Assembly (NCBI RefSeq): GCF_009914755.1
Contig: NC_060948.1
Direction: 5' to 3' (one strand)
DNA: 64,000 nucleotides
From: the human T2T-CHM13v2.0 reference genome, Homo sapiens
The position numbers and the translations under genes were made by a program. Below the pieces are notes generated by a model. The model ran no database searches. It had not been told where the DNA came from and saw nothing but the letters and a program-made list of their open reading frames with translations. Positions 1 through 14,369 of this stretch are shown piece by piece (positions within the stretch are counted from its first letter, which is position 1; every line of letters starts with the position of its first letter).

Positions 1-3000
1 ATCGAGAGGAATGGAACCTAATGCAATAGAATCGAAAGGAATGGAATCGAACTGAATGGCTTCGAATGGAATGGACTTGAGACAAAGTGGAATCGAACAG
101 ATTGAAAACTAACGGAATGCCATGAAATGTTATGGAATGGAATGGACTCGAAAGGAATGGAGTCAAATGGAATGGAATTGAATGGAATGTAGTTGAATGG
201 AGTGGAATTGAATGGAATGGAATTCAATGGATCGGAGTGCAATGGAAAGATACAGAATGCAATGGAATGGAATGCAATAGAATGGACTCGAATGGAATGG
301 ACAAGAATGGAATGGACAGTAGTGGAATGGACTCGAATGGAATGTTCTGGAGTGGAATGGACTCAAATAGAAAGGAATCGAATGGAATGCAAAGGAAAGA
401 ATTATAATTTAATGGAAACAGATGGAACGGAATGGAATGTAATGGAGTCAAAAGGAATTAAACTAATGTAATGGCATCAAATGGAATGGAATGTAGAGGA
501 GAGGAATGGACTCGAATGGAATGGATTCTAATGAAATAGAATAGAATGCAATGCCATTGAACGGATTGGAAGGGAATGGAATGGAATGGAATCAAATGCA
601 ATGGAGTCAAATGGATTGCACTCAAATAGAATGGACTTCAAAGGAATTTGCTCGAAAGGAATTCATCCGAATAGAATCGAATCGAATGAAATGCTGTACT
701 TTTAATAGAATGGAATGGAGTCGAATGGAATGGAACGAAATGGAATGGACTGGAATAGAGCGGACTCGAATGTAATAGATTGCAATGAAATTGATTTGAA
801 TGGAATGGAATCGAATGGCATGTTATCCAATGGAAGGGAATGGAAAGCAATGGAACACAATAGAACACAATGCAATGGAATGGAATTGAGTGGAATCGGG
901 TGGAATGGAATAGAATGGAATGGAATTGAATGCTATGGAATCGAATGGAATGGAATAGAATGGAATGGAATAGAAAGGGATGGACTGGAACAAAATGGAT
1001 TGGAACAGATTGGAATCGAATGGAGTGGAATTGCGTGGAATGCAATGGAATGGACTAGAATGGAATGAAGTCGAATGGAATAGAATTGTATGGAATGCAA
1101 TCAAATGGGATGGAATTGAATGGAATCGAAAGGAATTGAATGGAATACAGTGAAATGGAAGTTATTGAACAGAATGGAATGGAATGAAATCGCACGGAAT
1201 GGACTGGAATAAAAAGGACTCGAAAGGAATGGACTGCAGTGGAATGGACTCGAAAGGAATAGAAAAGGAATGGAATGGAATGGAATGCAATGGAATGAAA
1301 TGGATAGTAATAGAATGGAGTGGAATTGGATAGAACGGAATGGAATTGAATGGAGTCGAATGGAATAGAATCAAATGGAATGGCATCGAATGGAATGGAA
1401 TGGAATGGAATGGAATGGAATGGAATGGAATGGAATGGAATGGAATGAACTCGAATGGAATGGATTCGAATGGAATAGAATAGAATGGAATGAAATCGAA
1501 TATAATGAAGTGGAATTGCATGTAACCGAATGGAATGGACCCAAATATAATGGACTCAAATGCAATGGACTCAAATAGAATGGACTCGAAAGGAATGGTA
1601 TCGAATGGAATTTATTCTAATCGAAAGGAATCAAATGGAATGACATAGTATAGAATGGAATGGAGTGGAATGGAATGGACTGGAATAGAAAGGACTCGAA
1701 TGTAATGGAATGCAATTTGATTGATTCGAATGGAATGGAAGCGAATGGAATGTAATCAAATGGAATGGAATGGAATACAAAGGAATGGAATAGAATGGAA
1801 TGCAGTGTAATGGAACGGAATGGAGTGGAATCGAGTGGAATGGAATTGAATGGAAAGGATTTGAATGGAATGGACTTGGGACAAGGTGGATTCAAATGGA
1901 TTGGAATAGAACGGAACGGAATGAAATGGTTGGGAATGGAATGGACACGAAGGGAATGGAGTCAAATGGAATGGAATCAAATAGAATGAAGTTGAATGGA
2001 ATGGAATTTAATGGAATGGACCTCAATGGAAGGATATCAAATAGAATGGAATGGAAAGGAATGGATTCGAATATAATGGACTGGAATGGAATGGACTCGA
2101 ATGGAATGAACAAGGGTGGAATCGACCCAAATGGAATGGAATGGAGTGGAATGGACTCGAATGGAATGGAAACAAATGGAATGGAATGGAAAAGAATATA
2201 ATTGAATGGAATCAGATGGAACGGAAAGGAATGTAATGGAGCCGAAAGAAGTAGAATCGAAACGAATGGCATCAAATGGAATTGAATGGAATGGAATTTA
2301 CTCGAATGGAATGGATTCTCATATAATATAGTCGAGTGGAATGGCATTGAATGGAACGGAATGCAATGGAATGGAATGGAATGGACCCACCTGTAATGGA
2401 CTCCAATGGAATGTAATCCAACAGAATGGACTCGAACGGAATGGGAATGAATGGAATTCTTTTGTGTAGAATCGAATCGAATGGAATGCAATAGTATTGA
2501 ATGAAATCGAATGGAATGGAATTGAATGGAAAGGAATCGAATGGAATGGACCAGAATGCAATGGACTGGAATAAAGTGGACACAAATGTAATGAAATGCA
2601 AAGTAATAGATTCAAAGGAATGGAATTGAATGGAATGGAAATGAATGGAATGGCATCTAATGGAATGGAATCAAATGAAATGGAATGGAATGGAATCGAA
2701 TGCAACGTAATTGAATGGAATGAAACGGAATGGAATAGACTGGAATGGAGGGGACATGAATGTAATGAATTGCAATGTAATAGATTCAAAGGAAAGGAAA
2801 CGAATGGAATGGAAATGAAAGCAATAGCATCGAACTGAATATAAAGAAATGGACCCAAATGTAATGGACTCTAAATGAATGGAATCTAATAGAATGGACA
2901 CGGAAGGAATGGTCTCGAATGGCGTTTATTCAAATAGACTGGAATCGCAGGGAGTGCAATAGTATGGAATGGAATCGAATGGAATGGACTAGAATAGAAC

Positions 3001-6000
3001 GGACTCAAATGTAGTGCATTGCAATGTAATTGATTCGAATAGACTGGAATCGAATGGAATATAATCAAATGGAAAGGAATGGAATGCAATGGAATAGAAT
3101 ACAATGGAATGCAATGGAATGGAAAGGAGTGGAATCGAGTAGAATGGAATGGAATGGAATGGAATGGAATGGAATGGAATGGAATGGAATAGAATGGAAT
3201 GGAAATGGAAGGAATGGAATGGAATGGAATGCAGTCAAATGGAATAGAGTTGAATGGAATGGCTTCGAATGGAATGGAATGGAATGCAATGGAATGGAAT
3301 GGAATGCAATGGAATGGAATGGACTGCAGTCAAATGGAATGGACTCCAAAGGAATAGAATCGAATGGAATGGTATCGAATGGAATGGAATGGAATGGAAT
3401 GGAATTGACCCAAATGTAATGGACTCGAAAGGAATGGACTCAAATAGAAAAGACTCGAAAGGGACGGTCTCGAATGGAATTTACTCAAATACAATGGAAT
3501 CGAATGGAATGCAAAAGTATGGAATGGATTCGAATGGAAAGGAATCGAATGGAATGGACCAGAATGGAATGGACTGGAATAGAAAGGACTCGAATGGAAT
3601 GGATTGCAAAGTAATTGACTCAACTGTAATAGAATCGAATTGAATGTATTCAAAAGGAGTGGAATGGAATGCAATGGAATGGAATACAATGGAATGCAAA
3701 CTCATGGAACGGAGTGGAATCTAGTGGAATGGAATCGAATGGATTGGAATCGTATGGAATGGACTGGAATGGAATAGACTCGAATGGACTGGACTGGAAT
3801 GAAACTGAATCGAACGGATTGCAATCGAATGGAAATGAATAGAATGGAATGGAATCGAATAGAATGGAGTCGAGTGGAATGGAATTGAATTGAATTAGTC
3901 GAATAAAATGGAATTGAATTTAATTAGTCGAATAAAATGGAATTGAATGGAATCCAAAAGAATAGCATTGAATGGAGTCTAATGGAAAGATATTAAATTG
4001 AATGGAATAGAGTGGACTCGAATGGAATGGACTGCAAAGGAATAGACTCTAATGGAAGGGACTGGAGTGGAATGGACACGAATGTAACAGAAACGCATGG
4101 AATGGACTAGAAGGGAATGGATTTGGATAGAAAGGAATGAAATGGAATGGACTCAAATGGAATAGAATGGAATGAAATGACTTCGAATGGAATGGAATGG
4201 AATTGAATCGAATGGAATGGACCTGAAAAGAATAGAATACAATGGAATGGTATTGAATTGAATGGAATGGAATGGCATGGAATGGACACAAATGTAATGG
4301 ACTCGAATGGAATGGACTGAAATAGAATGGACTCGAAAGGAAAGGTGTCGAATGGAATTTATTTGAATAGAATTGAATCGAATGGAATGCAACAGTATGC
4401 AATGGGATCGAATTGAATGGAATCGAATGCAATAGAACAGAACGGAATGGACTGGAATAGAACGGACTCCAATGTAATGGATTGCAATGTAATTGATTCG
4501 AATTGAATGGAATCTAATGGACTGTAATCAATTAGAATGCAATGGAATGAAATGGAAAGGAATAAAGTGGAATGCAATGTTATGGAACGGAGTGGAATCG
4601 AGTGCAATGGAATCGAATGGAATGGAATCAAATGGAATGTACTGGAATGGAATGGACTGCAATGTAATGGAAGGAAAAAATGGAATCGAACAGATTGGAA
4701 CCGAACGGAACGGAATGGAATGGAAGGGACAAAAATGGAATGGAGTCGAATGGAATGGAATCAAATGGAATGGATTGGAATTGAGTGGAAACGAAAGGAA
4801 TAGAATGGAATGGAGTGTAACGGAAATATATCGAATGGAATGGAATGGAGTGGAATCGAATGTAATGGAATTGAATGGATTGGAGGAATCAGATGGAACG
4901 GAATGGAATGGGGTGGATTCTGATGGAATAGAATCGAACGGAATGGCATCAAATGGAATGGAATGGACTCGAATGAAATGGACTCGAATTGAATAAAATC
5001 AATTGGAATAGCATCAAATTGAATGGAATGGAATTTAGTGGAATGGAATGGAATTGAATGGACTCAAATGTAATGGACTCGTATGGAATGGAATCAAATA
5101 GAATAGACTCAAAAGGAATGGTCTCGAATGGAATTTATTCGAATAGAATGTAATCGAATGGATTGCAATAGTATGGAATGGAATCCAATGGAAAGTTATT
5201 GAAGGGAATGGAACGGAATGGAATGGACTGGAATAGAATTTAATGAATTGCAATGTAATTAATTCTAATGGAATGAAATCGAATGGAATGTAATCAACTA
5301 GAATGGAATGGAATGCAACGGAATGGAACAGAGTTGAGTGGAATGGAGTTGAATGGAATGGAATCGAATGGAATGGACTCCAATGGAATGGACTGGAACA
5401 AAATGGAATAATACGGATTGCAATAGAACAGAACGGAATTTAATGGAATGGAATGTATTGGAATAGACCTGAATGGATTGTTGTCGACTGTAATGGAACC
5501 AAATGGAATGGAATCAAATGGAATGGAAGTGAATGGAATCGAAAGGAATAGAATGGAATGGAATGTAACGGAAATATATCTAAAGGAATAGAATGGAATA
5601 GTCTCAAATGGAATGAACTGGAATGGAATGGACTCAAATGGCATGGACAGGAGTGGTATGGACTCGAATGGAATGGAAATGAATGGAATGGAATGGAATG
5701 GAATGGAATGGAATGGAATGGAATGGAATGGAATGCAATGGAATGGAAAGGATTACCATGGAATGGAATCGGATGAAAAGAAACTGAACGGAATGGAGTT
5801 GAATGGAATGGCATCAAATGGAATGGAATGGAATGACTCGAATGGAATGGACTCGAATGGAGTAGAATTCTGTGGAATACAATCGCGTGGAATGGAAGGG
5901 AATGGAATGGTATGGACCCAAATGGAATGGAATCGAATAGAATGGACTCAAATACAATGCACTCGAAAGGAAAGGTCTCAAATGGAATTTATTCGAAACG

Positions 6001-9000
6001 AATGGAATCAAATGGAATGCAATAGTATGGAATGGAATCGAAAGGAATTGACAAGGATGGAATGGACTAGAACAGAACGTACACGAATGTAATGGATTGC
6101 AATATAATAGAAATAGAAAGGAACCGTATGGAAGGTAATCAAATGAAATGGAATGGAATGCAATGGAATGGAATACAATGGAATGCAATGGAATGGAACA
6201 AAGTGGAATTGAGTGGAAGGAAATCGAATGGAATGGAATGGAGTGAACTCGAAATAAATGCACCAATGGAATGGAAGGGAATGGAATGGAATTGAATGGA
6301 ATTGAAAAGAATAGAATGGAATGGACAGTAATGAAAGATACCGAATGGAATGGAATATAATCAAATGGAATGGACTGTAATATAATTGACTCGAATGGAA
6401 TGGGCTTTAGGGAATTGACTCAAATGGAATGGAAACGAATGGAATGGAATGGAAATGAAAGGAAAAGAATGTAATGAAATCGGATGGAATGGAATGGAAT
6501 GGAATGTAGTCGAATGGAATAGAATCCAATGGAATGCAATAGTATGGATTGGAATCGAATGGAATGGAATTGAATGGAATGGAGCAGAATTGAATGGACT
6601 GGAATAGAAAGGACTCATATGTAATGGATTGCAATGTAATCGATTTGAAAGAATGGAATCCAACTTAATTAAATCAAATGGAATGGAATGGAATGCAGTG
6701 CAGTGGAATAGAATAGAATGCAATGGAATAGAATGGAGTGGAATCGAAGGGAATGGAATCGAATGCAGTGGAATTGAATGGAATGGAGTCGAATGGAATG
6801 GACTGGAACAAAACGGAAATTAACGGATTGGAATTGAACGGAAAAGAATGGAATGGAATGGAATGGAATGGAATGGAATGGAATAGAATGGAGTCTAATG
6901 CAATAGAATCGAATGCAATGGCATCGAATTTTATGGAATGGAACGGACTCGAATGGAATGGACTCAAATAGAATGGCATTGAATGGAATGGGATGGAATG
7001 GAATGGAAAGGAATGGTAGCGAATGGACACAAATGAAATCGACTCAAATGGAATGAACTCAAATAGAATGAAATCGAAAGCAAAGGTCTCGAAAGGAAAT
7101 TATTCTAATAGAATGGAATCGAATGGAGTGCAAAAGTATGGAAAGGATTCGAAGGGAATGGAATCGAATGGAATTGACCAGAATGGAATGGACTGGAATA
7201 GTACGGAGTCGAATATAATGGATTGTAACGTGATTGACATGAATGGAATGGAATCAAATGGAATGTAATCAAATGCAACATAATGGAATGCAACGGAATG
7301 ATGTCGAATGGAATGGACAAAAAAGAAATGTACTACTGAAAAAACGGAATTGAACGGATTGGAATTGAATATAATCGAATGGAATTGAATGGAATCGAAT
7401 CGAATGGAATAGAGTGTCATGGATAGATATCGAATGGATTAGAATGGAATGGAATGGACTCAAATGGAATGGACTGGAATTGAATAGACAGGAATGGAAT
7501 GCACTGGAATGAAATGGAGTCGAATGTAATGGAATGGAGTGGAATGGACTCGAATGGAAGGGAAACAAATGGAGTGGAATGGAATGCAATGGAATGCAAT
7601 GCAATGGAATGGAAAGAATTGAATAGAATGGAAACGGATGGAATGGAATGGACAGGAATGGAGTCAAATGGAATAGAATAGAATGGAATGGCATGAAATG
7701 GAATGGAAGGGAATGGAAAGGAATGGACTCAAATGGAATAAATATGAATGGAATATAATCGAATGTAACGGCATCAAACGGAATTGAATAGAATAGCATG
7801 GAATGGAATGGACGCGAATGTAATGGACTCAAATGGATTGGATTCAAATACGACGGATTTGAAAGGAATGGTCTTGAAGGGAATTCATTCGAATAGTATC
7901 GAATCGAATGGAATGCAATACTAAGGAATGGAATATAATGGAATGGAATCCAATGGAATGGAGTGAAAAGGAATGGACTGGAATAGAATGGACTCGAATG
8001 TAATGGATTACAAGCAATTGATTTCAATGGAATGGAGTCACATGGAATGGAATCAAATGGAATGGAATGGAATGCAAAGTAATGGAATAGGATGGAAAGC
8101 AATTTAATGGAACGGAGTGGAATCGAGTGGAACGGAATCTAAAGGAATGGAATCGAAAGAAAAGGAATCGAATGGAATGTACTGGAATGGAATGAACAGG
8201 AAAACCATGGAATCGAAAGGATTGGAATCAAACGGAACAGAATGTAATTGATTGGAATGAACTCGCATGGAATGGAGTCGAATTGAATGGAATAGAATGG
8301 AATGGAATCAAATGGATTGGAATTGAATGCAATCAAAGGGAATAGAATGGAATGGAGTGGAATGGAAAGATAATGAAAGGAGTGGAATTCAATGGAATGG
8401 ACTCAAATGGAATGGACTCGAATAGAAAGGACTGGAATGGAATGGAATCGAATGTAATAGAAACTAATGGTTTGGAATTGAATGAAATGGAATGGAATGG
8501 AATGGAATCAAATGAAATGGAATGGAATGGAATGGAAAGAAATACAATGGAATGGAATCTGATGGAATGGAATGGAATGAAATGGAGACGAATGGGATAG
8601 CATCGAATGCAATGGAATGGAATGGAGTGGAATGGAATAGAATTGAATGGACTCTAATGGAATAGAATCAAATGGAATGGCACCGAATGGAATGGAATGG
8701 GAAGGAATGGAATTGACCCAAATGTAATAGACTCGAAATGAATGGATTCAAGTGGAATGGACTCAAAAGGAATGGTCTCGTAAGGAATATATTCCAATAG
8801 ATTGGAATAGAATGGAATGCAATAGAATGGAATGGAATCAAACGGAATGGAATCGAATGGAATGGAATGGAATGGAATTGACTGGAATAGAATGAATTCA
8901 AATGTAATGGATTGCAAAGTAATTGATTCGAATGCCATGGAATCAAATGGAATTATTCAAAAGGAATGGAATGGAATACAATGGAATGGAATGGAATGGA

Positions 9001-12000
9001 ATGGAATGGAATGGAATGGAATGGAATGGAATGGAATGGAATGGAATGCAATGGAATGGAATGGAATGGAATGGAATGGAATGGAATGCAATGGAATGGA
9101 ACATAGAGGACTCATGTGGAATAGAACAGAATGGAATGGAATCGAATAGAATGGACTGGTAAGGAATGTATTAAAATGGAATTCACTAGAACAAAATCGA
9201 ATCAATCGGATTGGAATTGAATAGAACAGAATGGAATGGAATGGAATTGAATGGAATGGAATGGAATGGAATGGATTCGATTGGAATGGAATATAATGGA
9301 ATGGAACCGAATGGAATTGAACCAAAACAAACGAAGTGAATGGAATCGAAAGGGATAGAATGGAATGGAGTGTAATGAAAAGATATCGAATGGAAACGAA
9401 TGGAATTGAATGGACTCGAAGGGAATGGATTGGAATGGAATGGACTGGAGTTGAATGGACTCGAATGGAATGGAAAGGAGTGCCATGGAATGCAATGAAA
9501 TGCAATGGAAAGGAATAGAATGGAATGGAATGGAATGAAACTGAATGGAATGGAATGTAGTCGAATATAATAGAATCAAATGGAATGGCCTTGAATATAA
9601 TGAAATGCAATGGAATGGAATCGAAAGGAATGGACTCAAATGGAGTAGAATTGAATGGAATGGCTTCGAATGGAATGGCATGTAATGGAACGGACCCAAA
9701 TGTAATGGAATCGAACAGAACAGACACAAATAGAATGGACTGAAAAGGAATGGTCTCGAATGGAATTTTTTCGATTAGAATGGAATTGAATGCAATGCAA
9801 TAGTGTGGAATGGAATCGAATGGAATCGACAGGAATGGAATGGAATGGAATGGAATGGAATGGAATGGAATGGAATGGAATGGACGAGAATGTAATGGAT
9901 TGCAATGCAATTGGTTTGAATGGAATGAAATCCAATGGAATGTAATCAAATGGAATGAAAAGGTGTACAATGGAATGGAATAGAATGGAATGCAATGGAA
10001 TGGAATGGAGTGGAATCGAGTGGAATGGAATCGAATATAAAGGAATTGAATGTAATGGAATCGAATGGAATGGACTGGAGTGGAATGGACTCGAAAGGAA
10101 TGAAGTGGAACAAAATGGAATCGAACAGATTGGACTTGAATGGAATGGAATGGAATGGACTCGAATGGAATGGAGTCGAATGGAAAGGAATCGAAAGGAA
10201 TGGAATGAAGTTGAAAGGGATAGAATGGAATCAAAATGAATAGAATGGAATGGAGAGTAATGGAAAGATATCAAATGGAATGGACTGGAATGGAATGGAA
10301 TCGAACGGAATGCACTGGAATGGAATGGACTCGAATGGAATCGGTTGGAGTGGAATGGACTCAAATGGAATGGAAACGTTTGTAATGGAATGGAAAGGAA
10401 TAGAATGGAATGTAATCGGATGGAATGGAATGGAATGGAATGGAGTCAAATGGAATAGAATCGAATGGAATGGCCTCGAAAAGAATGGATAGGAATGAAA
10501 TGGACTCGAATGGATTGGACTCGAATGGAATAGATTAGAATTGAATGACATCAAATGGAATGGAATGGAACCAAATGTAATGGACTCGAATGGAATGGAT
10601 TCAAATTGAAAGGACTCAAAAGGAATGGTCCCGAAAGGAATTTATTCGAATAGAATGGAATCAAACAGAATGCAGTAGTAGGGAATGGAATTGAATTCAA
10701 AGGTATCGAAAAGAATGGACCGGAATGGAACAGTCAAGTATAGAACAGAATCGAATGTAATGGATTGCAATGCAATTGGTTCAAATGGAACGGTATCGAA
10801 TGGAATGTAATCAAATGGAATGGAAAGGAATTGAATGGATTACAATGGAACGGAACGGAGTGGAATCGAGGGTAATGGAATCTAATTTAATGGAATCGAA
10901 TAGAATGGACTGGAATGGAATGGACACGAAAGGAATGGACTGGAAGAAAATGGAATTGAACGGATTGGAATCGAGCGGAATGGAAAGTAATGGAATGGAT
11001 TAGAATGGAGTCGAATGGAATGGAGTTGAATGGAATGGACCCGAATGGAATGGAATCAAAGGAAATGGACTGGAGTGGAATAGACACGAAAGGAATGGAA
11101 ACGAATGCAATGGAATGGAATGGAAGGGAATGCAATGGAAAGGAATGGAATGGAATGGAATGGAATGGAATGGAATGGAATAGATTGGAAAGGAATGCAA
11201 TGGAATGGAATGGAATGGAATGGAATGGAATGGAATGGAATGGAATGGAATGGAATTGAATTGGATGGAACAAAATGGAATTGAATGGAGTCGAATAGAA
11301 TATAATCCAAAGGAATGGCATCGAAAGGAATGGAATGGAAAGGAATGGATTCGAATGGAATACAATGGAATGGAATGGTATTGAAAGGAATGGAATGGAA
11401 TGGAATGGAATGGAATGGAATGGAATGGAATGGAATGGAATGGAATGCAATGGAATGGAATGGAATGAAATGGAATGCAATGGAATGGAATGGAATGCAA
11501 TGGAATGGAATGGAATGGAATGGAATGCAATGGAATGGAATGGAATGGAATGGAATGCAATGGAATGGAATGGAATGGAATGAAATAGAATGTACTCGAA
11601 TGAAATGGACTCAAAAGGAATAGAATCGTATGGAATGGCATCGAATGGAATGGAATGGAATGGACCCACATATAATTGACTCGAAAAGAATAGACACAAA
11701 TAGAATGGACTTGAAAGAATGGTTTCGAATGGAATTTATTCAAATAGAATTGAATCAAATGGAATGTAATAGTATGGAATGAAATCAAATGGAATGGAAT
11801 CGAAATGAATGGACCGGAATGCATTGGACTGGAATAGAAAGGACTCGAATGAAATGGGTTACAATGTAATTGATTCAAATGGAATGGAATCGAATAGAAT
11901 GGAATCAAATGGGATGGAATGGAATGCAATGTAATGGAAGGTAATGCAATGTAATGGAACAGAATGGCATACAATGGAATGGAATGGAATGGAGTGGAAT

Positions 12001-13459
12001 CGAGTGGAATGGAGTCGAATGGAATGGTATTGTGTGGAATGGATTGGAATTGAATGGACTCGAATGGAATGGAATGGAAAAAAATGGAATCAAATGGATA
12101 GGAATCGAACGGAACGGAATAGAATGGAATGGAATCGAATGGAATGGAGTCAAAAGGAATGGAATCGAATGGAATGGAATCGAATGTAATGGAATATAAT
12201 GGAATGAAATTGAAAGGAATCGAAAGGAATAGAAGTGAATGGAGTGTAATGGAATGACATTGAATGGAATGGATTGGAATGGACTCGAATGGAACGGACT
12301 GGAGTGGAGTCGACTTGAATGGAATGGACTGGAGTGGAATGGATTCGAGTGGAATGGAAACAAATGGAATGGAATGCAATGGAAAGGAATGGAATGGAAT
12401 AGAATTAAATGGATTTGGATGGAACGGAATGCAATGGAATGGAGTCGAATGGAATAGAATCGAAAGGAATGGCATCAAATGCATTTTACTGGAATGGAAT
12501 GGGTTGGAATGGAATCGAAGGGAAAGGATTCAATTGGATTATAATTGAATGTAATGGAAGAGAATGGCATGGAATGTAATGGAATGGACCCAAATGTAAT
12601 GGACTCGAATGGACTGGTCTCAAACAGAATGGAATAGAAAGAAACGGTCTCGAATGGAATCTATTTGAAGAGAATGGAATCGAATGGAATCCAATAGTGT
12701 GGAATTTAATCGAAGGGAATTGAATCGAACAGAATGGACAGAATGGAATGGAATGGAATACGACGGACTTGAATGTAAAGAATTGCAATGTAATTGATAC
12801 AAATGGAACAGAATCAAATGGAATGTAATCAAATGGAATGGAATGGAATGCAATGGAGTGGAGCGGAATGGAATCGAGAGTAATGGAATCAAAAGGAATG
12901 GTATTCAACGGAAAGGACTGGAATGGCGTCGACTCAAATGGAATGGACTGAAACAAAATGGAATTGTACGGATTGCAATAGAATGGAACGGAATGGAATG
13001 GAATGGAATGGAATGGAATGGAATGGAATAGACTCGAATGTAATGGATTCGAATAGAATGGAATCAAATGGAATGCAATTGAACAGAAACGAAACGAAAA
13101 TAATGGAATGGAGTGTAATGGAAAGATATCAAAAGTAATGGAATGGACTCGAATGGTTTGGACTGGAATGGAATGCAACGGAATGGAATGGAAAGGAATA
13201 GAATGGAATGGAATCAGATGGAATGGAATGGAAGGGAATGGAGTCAAATGGAAGACAATAGAATGGAATGGCATCGATTGGAGTGTAAAGGATTGTACTC
13301 GAATAGAATGGACAGAGGTGGCATGAAATCTAATAGAAAGGACTGGAGTGAAGTGGACTCGTATGGAATGGAAACAAATGGATTGGAATGGAACGGAATG
13401 GAATAGAACGGAATGGAAAGAAATTGAATGGAATGGAATTGGATGGAATGGAATGGAAT

Positions 13460-14369
13460 GGACCCAAATATAATGGACTCGAATGCAATGGACTCAAATA
13501 GAATGGACTCGAAAGGAATGGTCTCGAATGGAATTTGCTCATATACAATGGAATCGAATGTATTGAAATAGTATCGAACGGAATTGAATGGAATGGAATT
13601 GAAAGGAATGTACCATAATGGAATGGACTGGAATAGAACGGACGTGAATGTAATGGATTGCAGTGTAAATGATTCGAATGGAATTGAATAGAGTGGAATG
13701 TAATCAAATGGAATGGAATACAAAGCAAGGGAATAGAATGAAATGCAATGGAATGGAACGAAGTGGAATCCAGTAGAATGGAATCGAATGGAATGGAATC
13801 GAATGGAATGGATTCGAATGGAATGGAATGGAACAAAATGGAATCATACGGATTGGAATAGAACAGAACAGAATGTAATGGAAATGAATGGAATGGACTC
13901 GAATGGAATGTATTCGAATGGAATGGAATGGAATGGAATGGAATGGAATGGAATGGAATGGAATCGAGTGGAATGGAATTCAGCAAAATAGAAGGGAATA
14001 GAATGGAATGGAGTGTTATGGAAAGATATCGAATGGAATGGAATGGAACAGAATGGAAAGGAATGGATTCGAAGGGAATGGAATCGAATGGAATGTAGTG
14101 GAATGAAATTGACTCTATTGCAATGGACTGGAGTGGAATGGACTCGAATGGAATGGAAACGAATGGAATGGAATTGAATAGAATAGAAGGAAAAGGAAAA
14201 GAATGGAATGGAATCGGATGGAATTGAATGGAATGGAATGGAGTTGAATGGAAGAGAATCGAATGGAATGTCATCGAATGGAAAGGAATGGAATTGAATG
14301 GACTCGAATGGAGTGGACTCGAATGGAACAGAATCGAATGATGTGTCATGGAATGGAATGGAATGGAAT
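13460..14369 (+). repeat. Representative complete higher-order unit (910 bp, GGACCC to GGACCC)
   Basis: GGACCCAAAT starts at 13460 and again at 14370. The interval contains the landmark variant at 13534, the GATTGCA module near 13656 and GATATC at 14025. Confidence 0.85.

Noticed and set aside
11390-11581. GCAAT interruptions at 20-30 bp spacing in a long near-pure tract
   Set aside because: Ordinary slippage amplification of a (GGAAT)5-GCAAT block, with nothing beyond the general pure-tract behaviour.
11000-12484. Longest ORF (494 aa, - strand), and the other long - strand ORFs such as 8957-10234, 13330-14403, 19620-20660 and 52128-53138
   Set aside because: (ATTCC)n has no stop codon in any frame and translates as FHSIP repeats. 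The ORFs overlap in all frames, show no domain-like content, and their length simply tracks repeat purity.
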